A DNA stretch of 64,000 bases from Callorhinchus milii. Taxonomy: Eukaryota. The DNA lies in assembly GCF_018977255.1 (NCBI RefSeq), contig NW_024704742.1:108562001-108626000 (forward strand), given 5' to 3'. A program made the translations under genes and the position numbers. Under the pieces are notes generated by a model. The model ran no database searches. It was given only the letters and a program-made list of their open reading frames with translations, and had not been told where the DNA came from. This document shows positions 24,601-39,600 of this stretch, piece by piece; within the stretch, counting starts at the first letter, position 1, and every line of letters starts with the position of its first letter.

Positions 24601-27600
24601 TTTAGCCTTCTTCCTGGGATACTGGCCTAACTCAAATTGAATTGGGCCAGAGTCCTCTGAATGAACCGGAAGAGTTTTAGGCAATCAAATGTAAAGATTT
24701 ATTATTATAATTATTCCAAGATAAAAGCATCAATAGCTTTGGCACTACCAGTATTCAGAAGTTAGGTGGGAGGGTATTTGAAAGACATTTAATATCATTC
24801 CTTCAATAAGGAACAGCATTTCTTTGAACCACTGAACAAATCAGGTCTGAGTCATGTTGGAAAACATACTGTGTGAATATATGAATCACATGTTGCGATG
24901 CTTAAATTTAATTTTAAACGGAGATGAGAAAATTTTAGGTTAATAACATGGCCTGATCTAGACATATCAGAAGGGAGGCATACCTTTTTCAGCATAGGTG
25001 CTGCAGAGTGTGACTGTGCAGCTGCTGACTGTGTAATGGTAGCTGGAGAGCTCTGTATGAAGTCTGATGCCATAGCGTCCAAAAGGTCAACCTTTGAGAG
25101 AAGTTGTCAGAACAAATAAACTTTAATAATCTCACAAATAGCAAGTAAAATTAACCAATTTAATCATGAATTACATCAATTGCATTAAATAGAATTAAGG
25201 GAACCTTTACAGGGCAGAACTTTCTTTACCAGATTTTGAGAAGAACCTTTGTCCTTTTAGTGTCTCTCATTACATTGAAATGTCTCAAAGTGCTTTACAG
25301 TAACTAGTCAAAAGTAGTCATTTGTTGTAGGAAAATGCAGTAGCTGTTGTGCACATAGCAATATCCCACAATCTGTCATCACATAAATGACCAATTGACC
25401 TGGAAGACTGTTGACAATGTCATCAAGAGAATCTCCCTTTCCCTTTGATTTAACATGACACAAGTGCACAAATTGACTCATTATTCAGCATAGAGCAGAG
25501 GGATCTGCTTGGGATAAAATTAAACACAAAATGGTCAAACTGAATCCTAGTTCTTCACCTGCATAGGTTAAACTATTTTTGCTCATTTCAGTCCTTTTAT
25601 ATTATGTTGAAAAATACATCTCTTTTTCAACGTTACCCATGGAGCTAAATAATTATCAAAAATTAAAAAATAAAACATCAGTAAATGAACCCCATGTCAA
25701 AGTAACACGTCACCTCTGGTTTCTTTACTGGATCAGTGGGAGCACCAACAACTGAGCCTTTTTTATCTGTTCCCTGTGGAATCAAACAAACTGTAATGAA
25801 ATACTTGCATGATGAAGTGAAATGATACAGAAATAAAGAAAAGGTCAAATAGCAACAGTAAAATCACTAAACATATTTCATATTATAACAACTCTCCCTT
25901 ATATATAGTCAGTTCACACAGGGAAAACATTTCAAACATACTTTGCAAAGATGAAATTGGTGCCTGAGCTGGATGGGGTTGGGGTGGTGGAGGAATGTAG
26001 GGAGGAAGTGGGTACAAGCACAGTGAGATAGGTTAGAGATTGGTTTCGGAAGCAGACTGATAAATTGCAGCTATAGCAATTTTGTAGCAAGTGCACAACT
26101 GGATTGTTTTTAAACGGTATTTCATAGCCCTCTTCCTTTTCCATATTGGAACCCAATAGAGATATTCTACTGCATTTTTAAAGTTTAAACACCAAGTCAT
26201 GACTCAGATGGTGATGTTATTCACAGCAACGATCTTAGGATAAAATCTGTAAAAAAACAATCCAGATGTTCTCTGAACACAGCAGTATTTTGAGAGGTCC
26301 AATTCTCAGGTTTAATTCAAATGGTGATGTTATTCACTGCACTGACCTCAAGAATGAATCGGTAATCAGGTGGTAAAGAATCCTCCCGCTCGCCCACTTT
26401 GTCTGCAAGCTTCTCACGAGCTGCTTTTTCCTAAAGACAGAAAATAAAGTTTAAAATGTATAACAAGCACAGTTCATGTATTCATTTACTGTGCTCAATA
26501 AAAAGGAGGCTCTTAAGGTAGAAAAATTAAATCAATTTGTACTTATTTCATTTAAGCAAAGTCCTGTCCACACAAGGTACATTAAGACCAAGGTCTGTCT
26601 GGCTAGTCCAGCTGAACCAGGTTGGTTATGATTAAGTGTTTGGACAAAGAGCAGTTCCAATTCACTGTGTGTTTTGTGGGCGAAACACGGCAGTTAATTG
26701 TGCACTACAGCGTCCGACAAACAGTCACGGATTGAGTGACAAAATTATTACTTTTTCTTGAAGGAATTATTACCCCTGGAAAAGCGATCCGCCAATTGAA
26801 CCAGGTTCCTACTTACTGCTAGGTAAACAGAGGTACGTGGAGTAAGGAAACTTGCCCAATGTTTCGCTCCACCCAGCAAATAAACCCAGGTCCACTCGCT
26901 TGCGAGGAAAGTGCTCACTTCCCACACCACCCTATATATACTCATACATACAAATTAACATCAAAGATAATAGAATTCATGAGACCAGCATCATTGGTAC
27001 CTTAACTTCAGGTCCAGTGTACTTAGGACCTGAATGAACTGGGGCTTCTGGTTGAAGCATGTCTGAGAGTGCATCAAGAGCTCCCATATCTCCATTTTTA
27101 CCCTATAAAACAAAACCACAGTTTTCAACATCCACACAATCTTTAGCTGAATGGTGACTGAAAGCAATATCATAGGAACACAGAAAAATGGGAACAACAG
27201 GAGGCCATTCAGCCTATCAAACCTGTTCCACCAATTTATTAGATCCTGGTAGTTCTTTCAATCACTATTTCCTACCCTGAATCCAATATTCGACTTGGAA
27301 TCTGTCTGTAAAACCACATTGTCTCAAAATATAAGAATATGCAACAGCATTCTGGAAAATTCAGAAAAAAAATCAATCTTCATTTGGAAAACTTCTACAG
27401 TTCTTAGAAACACCAATTTACAAATTAAGAATTTCTGTTTAGTTTTCAGTTCTAAAACAGGATTTTGCAGACTAAGACCTGGTGGAATTTCAAGCCTCTA
27501 TATGATGTGAAAGAGGTTATCAGTGTCTCAGGATTCAACAAAAAAATTAAACTCAAGACTAAATGGCCCTAACTTGTCTAATAGCTTATTCTTCTAAGAC

Positions 27601-30600
27601 TGGGGAACATCCTCATTGCTCTCCTTTGTATTGCCTCTAGGGCCTTGGTCAGTGCCCTTCGGTCACCGCGACTAAAACTGAATACAGTACACTAGGGGCG
27701 GCCTGACCAGAGGACTGTACAGCCCCAGTATGACTTCTGTGATCTGAACTCAACAAATTTGGCAAATAGCCCCAATCCTGTGCTTCTTATCTTTAATTTA
27801 GCATGTGTGTGTACTCAGTGTAGGCTGACAAGCAAGCACTATATGCAGGAGAGAGGGGAGGAGAGAGAGGCTGATAATGTGGGGGATGATAATGGGATTA
27901 TTATTGGAAACAAGTAAGTTTTTCTAAGTGATAGATAAAGGAGGGTGGGAGGACTGGCATTGCATTGGACTATAGTTAGAGAGTTTGACTTCTGATGGAA
28001 ATACCATTCAGTTAGTACTGTACATCTCACACAATAGAACTGCACAATGAGCTGATATCCACATTCTTGAGATTCACAATGGGCTTCACCAGTCGCTATT
28101 TGTGTAGATAATGGGGTCTCTACTTACTGGACCTTAGTCTGTGAATCCAGGTCACTTACGTGTACAAGGAACAGAAGGGGGTTCAGCACAAATCTGGGAG
28201 GCATCTCAAAAAATACCTCTCTGGTTTCACCCTAGCTCCCCTCCCTAAACACCCACTGCTTCCTTGCATTAAGGCATTATACATCCACCTGCATGCCTTA
28301 TCCTGGTTGGCAAAGGGTTCTCTTGCATGGTACTTTGTGGCATTTTGGAAACCTGTTTTTTCCCCGGTAATAATCCCATTAGCACTGACTGGTTGGCACT
28401 CGCATTATAAAGACATAGTGAAAAAAAATGTGGGGTTGAGCAGTTATTGTATGATATAATTCTATCCTAACACGGTTTCATTTTTCAACCCTGTATAATA
28501 GACTCAGTTAAAGACCGACAGTCAGTTTCCATCATAAACAGAAATTCTCAATCATTGCTAAAGGTCTCCCATTTTCTCGTTACTCACTTTAGGAGCAGGT
28601 TGACTTGCAGAAACAGAACAAGCTGCTGAGGCTTTCACAGGTTCAATTTGATCCTTTATAGAAAAGAATAATAATTGATTACGTCAGGTTTCATTGCCTC
28701 CAATGATCGCTACAGGTTTAATAATACTCCCTGCATTTGATATAGTACCTTTGATGTCAAGAGGATTTCTTATAGTGTCCAACAGGATTTACTGCAAAGT
28801 GCAGTGACTTGTGTGCAAATTGGCTGCTGCTTTTACGTACAAAATACAGTGATTACACTTTACAGTATAGTATATCCTATGAAGCGATTTGACACATCCT
28901 CCCACCCTGAAAGGCGCTATATCAAATGCAAGGGTTATTATTACTGCACAGGAAGGATTTTCAAGTTAAAAATTGATCAACACTTGACAGAAGGGAGTCA
29001 TACCTTTGTCTGCTTAGGAGGTGCAGCATGTGAAGATGCCACTGCAGACTGTGTAATGATAGCTGGTGAGCTCTGTGCAAAGTCTGATGCCATAGCGTCC
29101 AGAACGTCAGCATTGGTCAAAAGCTGTCAGGACACCAAACAATAAGGAATATATTTTATTAATGCAAATCTGAAATCTACCTATAAACCTAAATGATTTT
29201 ACCAGCAAATACTCAACATTGAATCTAAAACATGTGTAGAATAACTACTATATCTTTTCCAGAGAAAGAAACATCATATAAGTACATGATTTAAATGACA
29301 AGTCTAGTGGGACTTGGGCTAAGTAAAATAAATCTCAATTTTCTTGGACTCACCTAACTCACACCCATGTAAAAGCTGTTTCTCGGCATTCTCCCTACTA
29401 CCAGAGGATAATTTTTGACACAACACTCATTTTATTCACTTCAAAAGAACAATGGCCTAAAGGGATCAACTGAGAAGCCAGCTCAGAACATCTTTTTGCT
29501 AGTCCAGCACTTAACCCAACTGCCTACAACACTGTTGTTGTAATATTGTTTTCCCTATCAGGTAGCTACAGTACCTATTGAAAAAATAGAAGGGGGTTTA
29601 TCATGGTGTCTTGGCTAACAATCCCCCAAATTAAAAAAATGGTAATTAATTCCATGGATATTTGCGAACATTCCTGTGCGCAAATTGACTGCTGCGTTCG
29701 CCTAAAAATACAGTCACTACACTTTATAGTATATCCTCTGAAATGTTTTGGGAAGTTTTGACGATGTGATAATCCTTATCAAGTACAAGTATTATTATCA
29801 TAAACCCCTTTGATCTGAACTGGCTCCAAGGTGATGTGTTTGGTAATGGAATGGCAGAATTGATCTGTCCTTCTGTGGCGGACTCCAGAAGTGTGAGAGG
29901 TGGTGGGATGGCATTATTCCAGATTACGTGACTCGATGCATCTTGACCCGTCACTGGAGGTGCACTTACTGACAAACAATGGGATCGCATTGAATCGTGG
30001 GAAATGAAGGTCAATGCAAACATCGACAGATCAAGGCAACTTTTCTCACGATTCAACGCCGACGGCCGGTTAAGTGCACTCGCATCAATGGGTCTGGATG
30101 TCATTTCCCATGATTCAATACAGCCGGTAAGTCTGGGGGTAATGGAAAATAGGGTTTACTGATTAGGAGGTGATAAATACGACTCGTGCAAAGTAATCTA
30201 AGTGGTTTTGATAGGAAACTGAATGGAACTCAGGTGTATGTATGACTTGGACAATTATACGATTTATAAAACATGTCAATTTTACTGAAATCCCATGAGA
30301 TCTTTAACGTCCACCTGAACAGACAGAAGGGACCTCAATTTAACATCTCATCTGAAGGGCAGCATCTCCAGCAAAACAATGCCCCCAGCACTGTCTTGTA
30401 GTGTCAGACTAGACTTTGCGTTCAAATTCCCAACATGTGGCTTGAACCTACAACGCTTTGTTTCAGAGGAAACTGATATGAAGATAGACATTTTAGCAAG
30501 AAGCTAAATATCAGCTACAGTTTGCATACAAATACAATCAACCTCTTGATGCCAATAATTGAGTGTCATGCATCAGGAAGACTTTACCTCTGGCTTCTTT

Positions 30601-33600
30601 GCTGTATCAGTGGAGACAGGAACAGCTGGGCCCTTTTTAGCTATGTCCTGTGAACCAAACAAATTGTCATTTATCCTTCCAGAATACAGAAACACGATGT
30701 TGAATTAAACAAATGGTCAAACAACAGAACTGGAACACTAACAGAACGTCTTAGTTCTATTTTCAATTGAAGCCATATGGAAACCTAGTAGTGTTCAGGA
30801 TTCTTGTTCCAATATCTGGGCACGTCAGAACGACAGTGTGAGCCAGTGGCTGTGTAATAAACTAGGTTCCTGGTCACTATGTTTTTCATTGCAACTATCA
30901 ACATTACGAACCTAATCGTAACACACACTTTATTTTACAAGTTACACTTACGTAGCACCTTTCATGGTGGGAGGACATCCCAAAGTGTTTTACATAAGCC
31001 AGAACATAGAAATCAGCCATCAAATTCACATCAGGACTTCACCGACTATTCTGGGGGTAGGATGGAGGGGAGGGTGGGGGAACAGTGACCGATGAACGGG
31101 TGAGCAGGAGGGACGCTCATTTTTCTGGTGTACTGAAGCTGGGTTATAATCTCTTGAGAGATGCTACCCTGCATGAAGTGGATTCTGGAATAGGTGAGAA
31201 TACAGGCTTTGGGTATTCAATAGGAAGTTATATTGTAAAACAATTTTTCCTTTATGTGTGAATATCAGAATTGAAAATAAAATCATCCAGATATTCCCTC
31301 AACAGAGGAATATTTTGAGAAGTTAAATTTTCAGGCTTTATTCTGATAACTGCTGATAACTCCCCTTCCAGCCACATTCCTTCACTGACACAGACTGAGA
31401 GACTGTATTTAAATAGGTGATGTTATTCACAGCACTGACCTCAGGATTGAATCGGTAATCGGGTGGTAAAGAATCCTCCCGCTCGCCCACTTTGTCTGCA
31501 AGCTTCTCACGAGCTGTTTTTTCCTAAAAACAGAAAATAAAGTTTAAAATGTATAACAACCACAGTTCATGTATTTATTATTTATTGATTGCTTGGTTTA
31601 CTATAGTTTCACCTTATTTTGACGTGGAATGCAATGAGTCATTTTAACCCCCTGAATATCTTTTAATATCCCTCTTGGCAAATTCTATACCATTGGAATC
31701 CCACCAATCTTTGCGTCCAATGCACATTTGTTTGTATTGAATGTCATTTGTCATAGATAAGCCTAGAAGCATTTCCAAGTCAGAATGCTTGATTTTGAAA
31801 TCCCCTTCACCACGATATCTGGGAGTTTAATTGTAGATATGTACATATATCTACACATCTGATAATATCAACTTAACAAATAATATTAATGTCAAATGGT
31901 TCACAAATGTTAATCAAAGATATAAAGATTCTTGAGACCAGCATCACTGATACCTTAACTTCAGGGCCAGTGTATATAGGACCTGAATGGACTGGGGCCT
32001 CAGGTTGAAGCATGTCTGAAAGTGCATCCAAAGCTCCCATATCTCCTGTTGTACCCTATAAAATAAAAGGAAGTTTTCAACATTCACACAACTCTACCTG
32101 AACTGTATCTGAAAGCAAAGTCATAGGAATGTAGAAAAATGAGAGCAGGAAGAGGTCATTGAACCTGTTCCACCAACCTGGCAGCTCTTTTAATGACAAT
32201 TTTCCCACTCTCTTGCGTTCATACCTCTACTATCTAAGTATTTGTCTGTATCTCTTTTAAACATTCCTATCGATTCCATCTCTACAGCTTTCTGGGGTAG
32301 AACATTCCACATCTTCACAGCCCTCGAAGTGAAGCACTGCTTTCTGACCTCATCTCTAATTGCTCTAACACATTTGATCCAAAATTCGACTTTGATTCTG
32401 CCTGCAGGACCATATTGTCTCCACAATTTAGAATTGTGTAACAGAATTCAGGAAAATTAAAAAATTCAGTCTTCATTTGGAAAATGGTCTTTTGCAGTTC
32501 TTACAATCACCAACTTACAAATTAAGTATTTTGCACAATTCTGTTTAATCTTCAATGCTAAGCTTTACAGACTAAGAATTTCAAGCCTCTATATGATGCG
32601 GTCACTTGATCTCAACACAACATTTCTTCACAAACAGGTTATGAGTATCTTAGGATCTATTCTAGCGCATTGGGTTGTCCACCCGACGTGAAAGGCATTA
32701 CACAAACGTAATTTTGTTATTGAACAGAGAAATCAAACTCAAGACTAAATGGCCCTAACTTGTCTTATAGCTCAGAGCTTATCTCCTATATCCTCATTGC
32801 TCTCCTCTGCATTGCCAATAGGGCCTTGGTCAGTCCTCTTATGTCGCAGTGACTAAAACTACATACAATACTCCAGGGGTGGCCTGAGCAGAACACTATA
32901 CAGCTCCAGTATGACTTCTGTGATCTGAACCCAACTGACTTGGCAAATAGACCCAGTTCTATGCTTTTTACATTATCATTAATTTAGCATGTGTGTGTAC
33001 TTAGCATAGTCTGACATGCAAGTATAGTGCAGGGGGGAGGGGAGGAGAGAGAAAGAGAGAGGCTGGTCATGTATGGGATACCTGAGTGTGAGATAAAGGA
33101 GGGTGGGAGGACTAACCATGCATTCTACTATAGTTAGACAATTTAACTTCTGATAGAAATAGTTTTCAGTTAGTACTGTACATCTCACACAATAGAACTA
33201 CACAATGAGCTGATGTCCACACTCTTGAGATTCACAATTAGTGTGGATATCGGGGTCTCTACTTATTGTACCTTAGTCTGTGAATCCGGGTCTTCTCAAA
33301 AAATACCCTAGCTCCCCACTCTAATTACCCACTGCTTCCTTTGCTTTAAGGCATTGCAAATCCACCTGCATGCCTTATGCTCATATCCTGACACTGTATG
33401 GCAAAGGATTCTCCTGCCTGGTACTTTGTGATGTTTGGGAAACCTATTTATTTCCCCATATTTCCCCATTTAATGCAACCTCCTATATATATCATTGTGA
33501 AAAAAAATCATTGGTTTCAGCAAATTATTTCATATTATAATTTACACCCAAAAAGCTTTATTTCTCAATGCTGTTCCATAGACTCGGTTAGAGCCCAACA

Positions 33601-36600
33601 GTCAGTTTATATTGTAAACAGAAATTCGCAATCATGACTAACGCTCACACATTTTCGTCACTCACCTTAGGAGCAGGTTGACTTGCAGACACTGAACAAG
33701 CTGCTGACATTTTTACAGGTTCAATTTGATCCTTTGTAGAAAAGAATGAAGATTAATTATTTATGTGTCATTGTAAGGTGCAGTGAATTGGTATGCTCAA
33801 ATTAGCTGCTGCATTCAGCTACAAAATATTGATTACATTTTACAGTATAATATATCCTATGAAGCTATTTGACACATCCTCCCACCCTGAAAGGCACTAT
33901 ATCAAACACAAGCATTATTATTACATGAGAAGGATTTTCAAGTTAAAAACTGATCAAGTCTTGACAGAAGGGAGACATACCTTTGTCTGCTTAGGAGGTG
34001 AAGCATGTGAAGATGCCACTGCAGACTGTGTAATGATAGCTGGGGAGCTTTGTGCAAAGTCTGATGCCATAGCGTCCAGAACGTCAGTACCGGTCAAAAG
34101 CTGTCAGGACAACAAACAATAAGGAATATATTTTATTAACGTAAATCTGAAATCCACCTATAAAACTAAATGATTTTACCAACAAATACTCAACATTGAA
34201 TCTAAAACATGTGTAGAATAATTACTATATCTTTTTCAAGAAAGATATATCATAGAAGGGATCAACTGAGAATCCGACCCACAATATCTTCTTGCAATTA
34301 CAGTACTCAACTTAATTGTCTACAACATTGTTGTAACATTGATTTCCTTACCAATTAGCCATGGGGAATGCAATACAGTCACTACACTTTACAGTATATC
34401 CTATGAAGCACTTTGAGACATCTCAATAACATGATAAAGCACCATATCAAATGCAAGGATTATTACTATAACTATCTTAACTCATCATATCTGTCCAATG
34501 CTAGAATAACCCTCACAGTTGGACCCAATCCTCTGCTTATACACGTGTGGTGTAAATCTCAACAAAAGAACTTCAGGTTTATTAAGTGGGCGAGGTCACT
34601 GGAGGAGACTTCATTTGAAACTATGGAAATATCTGAAACCATTAAAGCCAAACTCATTTATTGCATCATATATCAGGAAAATAATAAGAGGAAACCAGAT
34701 GTGGTAGCAAACAAAAGGTAAACCCTTATTAACAAACAGCCAAACACCATCAATGGTGGGATCTGGCTCCTACCTCAGACTCACTTTGGCATACTACCCA
34801 GAGTGCTTTTATACCTATTTATAGGTTCATAACTCCTTCCTCTCGGGCCATCCTGTTCATTTCTCAAACTGGGGAACCTGGGCTGTCTCACTGTGCTGCT
34901 CCAAGCCACGAGTTGGGCCTGTGGATGTAGGTTGTTGTGGTCTCTGCTATTCTGAGACTATCTGTTGATCAGGGCTTCCCAAAGTTTCGGAGGTGGTGGC
35001 CTGGTGTTATTCCAGTTCTCATGGCCGGGCGTTGAATCCAGTCTTATCTTTGATGTCGGTTTTCTCAGCTTTTACAGAAAACGGGTTTCAAAATTAAGGC
35101 TGTATTTTAGAATTTGCCAAATTCTGGACCCTCGAAAATTCAAATTACAAGTGGAAGCATTAAATTTGTCTTTCTAAGTTCTTACATTCTTTATGTAATG
35201 TTGATAATAATAAATACTGAATTTGATATAGGCTGCATCAAGTCGAACAAATGTCTCCATGGCCCTCACACGATATATTGTAAAGCAGGGATGTCCAATA
35301 CTTTAGTCACATGAGGCAAATTGGGAATCCAGATGTGACAAAATTTGCATTTTTAATTAGTAAACTAAAAAAATGAGTAACAGACAGCATCGTTGGGCAT
35401 GTGATCTCATATTTGCATAGCGTATGCATGTATACTTTGACCCTTTCATGTATTTGTTGGTAAAATGGTAAGACAAAAAGCACCGTGTGCAAGTGTTTTT
35501 TGATGTTGTGTATCTTTACTTCCACTGTTACTGCTTATTGGTTATCTGCTAAAATAGTGTGTAACGTGGGTGAAAACATCGGATTGAGCAAGTCTTGTGA
35601 AAGAAAAAGAAATAAACAGCCCCTGCTCTCCACTCAGAACGTGGTTGGATGCTGTTTGCCCTTTTCCATGACAAGCCCTGTTGGAGCTACTCATTATCGA
35701 CTGGGCTTGTTTTCTTGTGCTGGTCGAGCTGTCCATGACAGCTCATCCCTGCATACAATATTGCTGCTGCAATTTAGCGTTTACACTCTGGTTACAGGTG
35801 AAAGGATTGACAGCCTGCCAACTTAGTGAAAAAGAGACTGGCAAGTTTCACACTGAATTTGGTAGATGTTTGTAAGTATATGTTTGTTAAGTAAATATAC
35901 GTGTAGACATACATGTGAAGTACATTTACCTGTATTGTGTGAGTGTATGTAAGGCGTTTTGTACTAAAATTAGTGCATGTGGCTCACCAGCAATTTTTAT
36001 TGGACAACACTGCTGTAAAGTGCAGTGACTACGTATTTTGTAGGTTAACATGGCAACCAATTTTCTCCACAGCAATGTCTCAAGGACAGTCATGAAGTGA
36101 ACGACCAATTTTACTTGGGGGACTGTTGGCCAGCATAATGGGAGGAACTTCCAGTTCTTTTTAAATAGTCACACAAGATCTTTAACATCCATCTCAACAG
36201 ACAGCAAGAAGCTAAATATTAGCTACAATTTACAAAAAAAATTAACCTCTTGATACCAGTAAATGAGAGTCAAGCATCAGGAAGACTTTACCTCTGGCTT
36301 CTTTGCTGTATCAGTGGAGACTGGAACAGCTGGGCCCTTTTTAGCTATGTCCTGTGAACCAAACAAACTGCAATTTATCCTTCCATAATACAGAAACATG
36401 ATGTTGAATTAAAGCAAATGGTCAAACAACAGAAATGGAACACTAACAGTACATCTTAATTCTATTTCCAATTGAAGCCATACGGAAACCTAGTAGTGTT
36501 CAGGATTCTTGGTTCAACATTTGGGTATGTCAGAATGACAACGTGAGCCAGTGGCTGTGTAATAAACTAGGTTCCTGGTCACCACATTTTTCATTGCAAC

Positions 36601-39600
36601 TATCAACATTACAAATCCAATTGTAACACACACTTTACTTTACAATTTGCACTTACGTAGCACCTTTCATGGTGGGAGGACATCCCAAAGTGTTACATAA
36701 AGAAGCCAGAACACAGCAAAAAACAGCCATTAAATTCACATCAGGATTTCACTGATCACTCCGGGGTAGGGCTGAGAGATGGGGTGCAAGAATAGTGAGT
36801 GATGAACTGATAAGCAGAGGGGACGCTTATTTTTATGGTGTATGCTCTGAGAGATGCTACCCGGTGTGAAGCATACTGTATAAAAGCAAGTTGTTGTTCT
36901 TGTTACTGGTGTAGGATGGGGTAATGAGTGGATTCTGGGGTCAGTGAGAATACAGGCTTTGGGTATTCAGTAAGAAGTTATGTTGTGAAAGTTAAAGAAG
37001 TTAAATTCCTCCAGATGTTCTCTGAACAGAGGAGTATTTTGAGAGGTTAATTCAAATGGTGATGTGATGCACAGCACTGACCTCAGGATTGAATCGGTAA
37101 TCAGGTGGTAAAGAATCCTCCCGCTCGCCCACTTTGTCTGCAAGCTTCTCATGAGCTTTTTTCTCCTAAAAATAAAAAATCAAGTTTAAAATGTATAACA
37201 AGCACAGTTCACACACTTATTCCTTGTGATCCATAAAAAGGAGGCAACTCTAAAGATTAAAAAAGCTAAATCAATTTCTACTTATTTAATTTAAGCAAAG
37301 TCCTGTCCACTGAAGCTGTTTGAAGACCAAGGTCAGTCTGGTTAGTCCAACTGAACAAATGCTGGTTATGATTAAGTGTTTGGACAGTGAGCAATTCCAG
37401 TGAGTTAACAAGATTCTATAGGCTTAAACAATGCAATATTCAGACCTCTAGCAGCATACTGATTGCTTGGTTTACTCCTATTTCATTTTATTTTGACATG
37501 GAATGTCAATTTAACTCCCTGAATTTGTTTAATAGCAAATTCTTTACAATCCACACCCCTCCAATGTTTACATCCAATGCACATTTGTTTGTATTGAATA
37601 TCATTTGTCATAAATCAGCCTAGAAGCAATTCCTGTCTAGTTTTCTTGTCAGATCTTAGTTGGTTGATTTTGGAGTCCTCTTTAGCATGATATTATCTGA
37701 GAGTTTAACTGTAGACATATCTGCACACATAACATTCACTTAAACAAGTAATATAAATGTCAAATGGTTCACAAATATTAATCAAAGATATAAAGGTTCA
37801 TGAGACCGGTGTCATTAATACCTTAACCTCAGGGCCAGTGTACTTAGGACCTGAATGGACTGGGGCTTCTGGTTGAAGCATGTCTGAGAGTGCATCAAGA
37901 GCTCCCATATCTCCTGTTTTACCCTATCAAACAAAAGGACAGTTTTAATATTCACACAATCTCTGGATGAATTGTATCCAAAAGCAAAGTCAAATTAACT
38001 TGCAAACTACATTAGAAAAGGAAGGAGGCATGTGGCAGGAAAGTCCCTGAGGTATCTCATTTAATACCTCACACATTGTGTTCTTATCTATCCATATCCA
38101 CGTCTTACCATAAATAGCCAATGTTTTATTTGGGGTGGGGGGGGTGGGTGGGGGTCCGTCATTCCAATCTACCTGAAGTCAATCCAATGCTCAGCCTTGT
38201 CCCTGCATATCATCGATCATCAGTTTTGATTGCAAACAGATATTCTCAAACACAACTAACATGAAAATAATCCTTAGATTTGGTATAGCACCTTTCACAT
38301 TGGGAGAATGTCTCAAGAGTGCTTGACAGGATTTACTGTGAAGTGTAGCGACTGTTTGCTTGGTGAGCAAACAATACCAGAGATGGAAAGCTCTACTTAT
38401 TAGGGGAGATTCGATAAACTGGGGCTATTTTCACTAGGAGAGAAGGTTGAGAAGATACTTAATAGAGATGTTAAAAATTATGAGAGATTTTGCTAAGGTG
38501 AATAGGGAGAAGTTATTTCCACCTTTTGGTGAGTCAGTTACTGGAGGGCTTCATTTTAAGATGCTTACTTAAGAAACAAAAGGAAAGATTTTGAGATGTT
38601 TTTAAACTTAAGAGGGTTACTACAAAAACATCTGGCATTATTAGGACACAGAATTCTACCCAAATGATAGTAGAGCAGAAGTCATAATAGCTTTTAAAAG
38701 GGAAAAGACAAATATCAAAGAAAAACGATAAATGGTTATGGGGTAAAGGCAAGTGGGACTAAACACATGGCTCTTACAGACTGCCAGCACGGGCATCATG
38801 GGTCAAATTGTCCTTCTTCTGTGCTGAAAAATACAGTCATTCCACTTTACAGCATATCCTGTGAAGCACTTTGAGATAGCTCGACAACATGATAAGATGC
38901 TTTATTAAAGATGCAAGGATTATTATGATTATGTTTCTATTTCAGGCTTCTCTTGTCACCTACCTTGGCATCATGTTTACTTGCAGAAACTGAACAAGCT
39001 GCTGACATTCTCACAGGTTCGATTTGATCCTTTATAGAAAACAATGAAGATTAATTACTTCAATTTTCATTTCTTCCAAAGATGGCTGAACTGTTTTTCA
39101 TGGTGCATTAAATTTACAGCACTGCTCCCGATAGCTGCCCTGAATGTTGCCAGCAACCCTCCTAAAGAGTCAGGTTGCTTGGACATCTGCATAGCCTTGG
39201 TGACAACAAAAAATGGCATGACGTTGGTGGCACAGAATCCATGTTAGTTTTTTTTAAATCAGGGTGAGATGATCACTTAGCTGCAATGACAAGCAATGTG
39301 GCCTACATGTTTGATCCTAGGCATTGGGGGAAGGCATGGGAGGTAAGAAGTAAAGGGGTATAATTTGTGATATATTTGCTAATTAATGCATCATTTTAGT
39401 GATCTTATGCTGCTTAACACATTGACTGGGTACATTAGTGCGTAAAGTTGCAATCAATGTATTTTGATAAGGGATGCTGCTGCAGTCGCAAATGATAAAG
39501 AATCATATCTTGCTGCAAAGTATTGAATAAACATACTTAGCACAGAACAGTACACAAAAAAAATTGGTCACTTCAATCCACGACTGTTTGTGGGACACTG

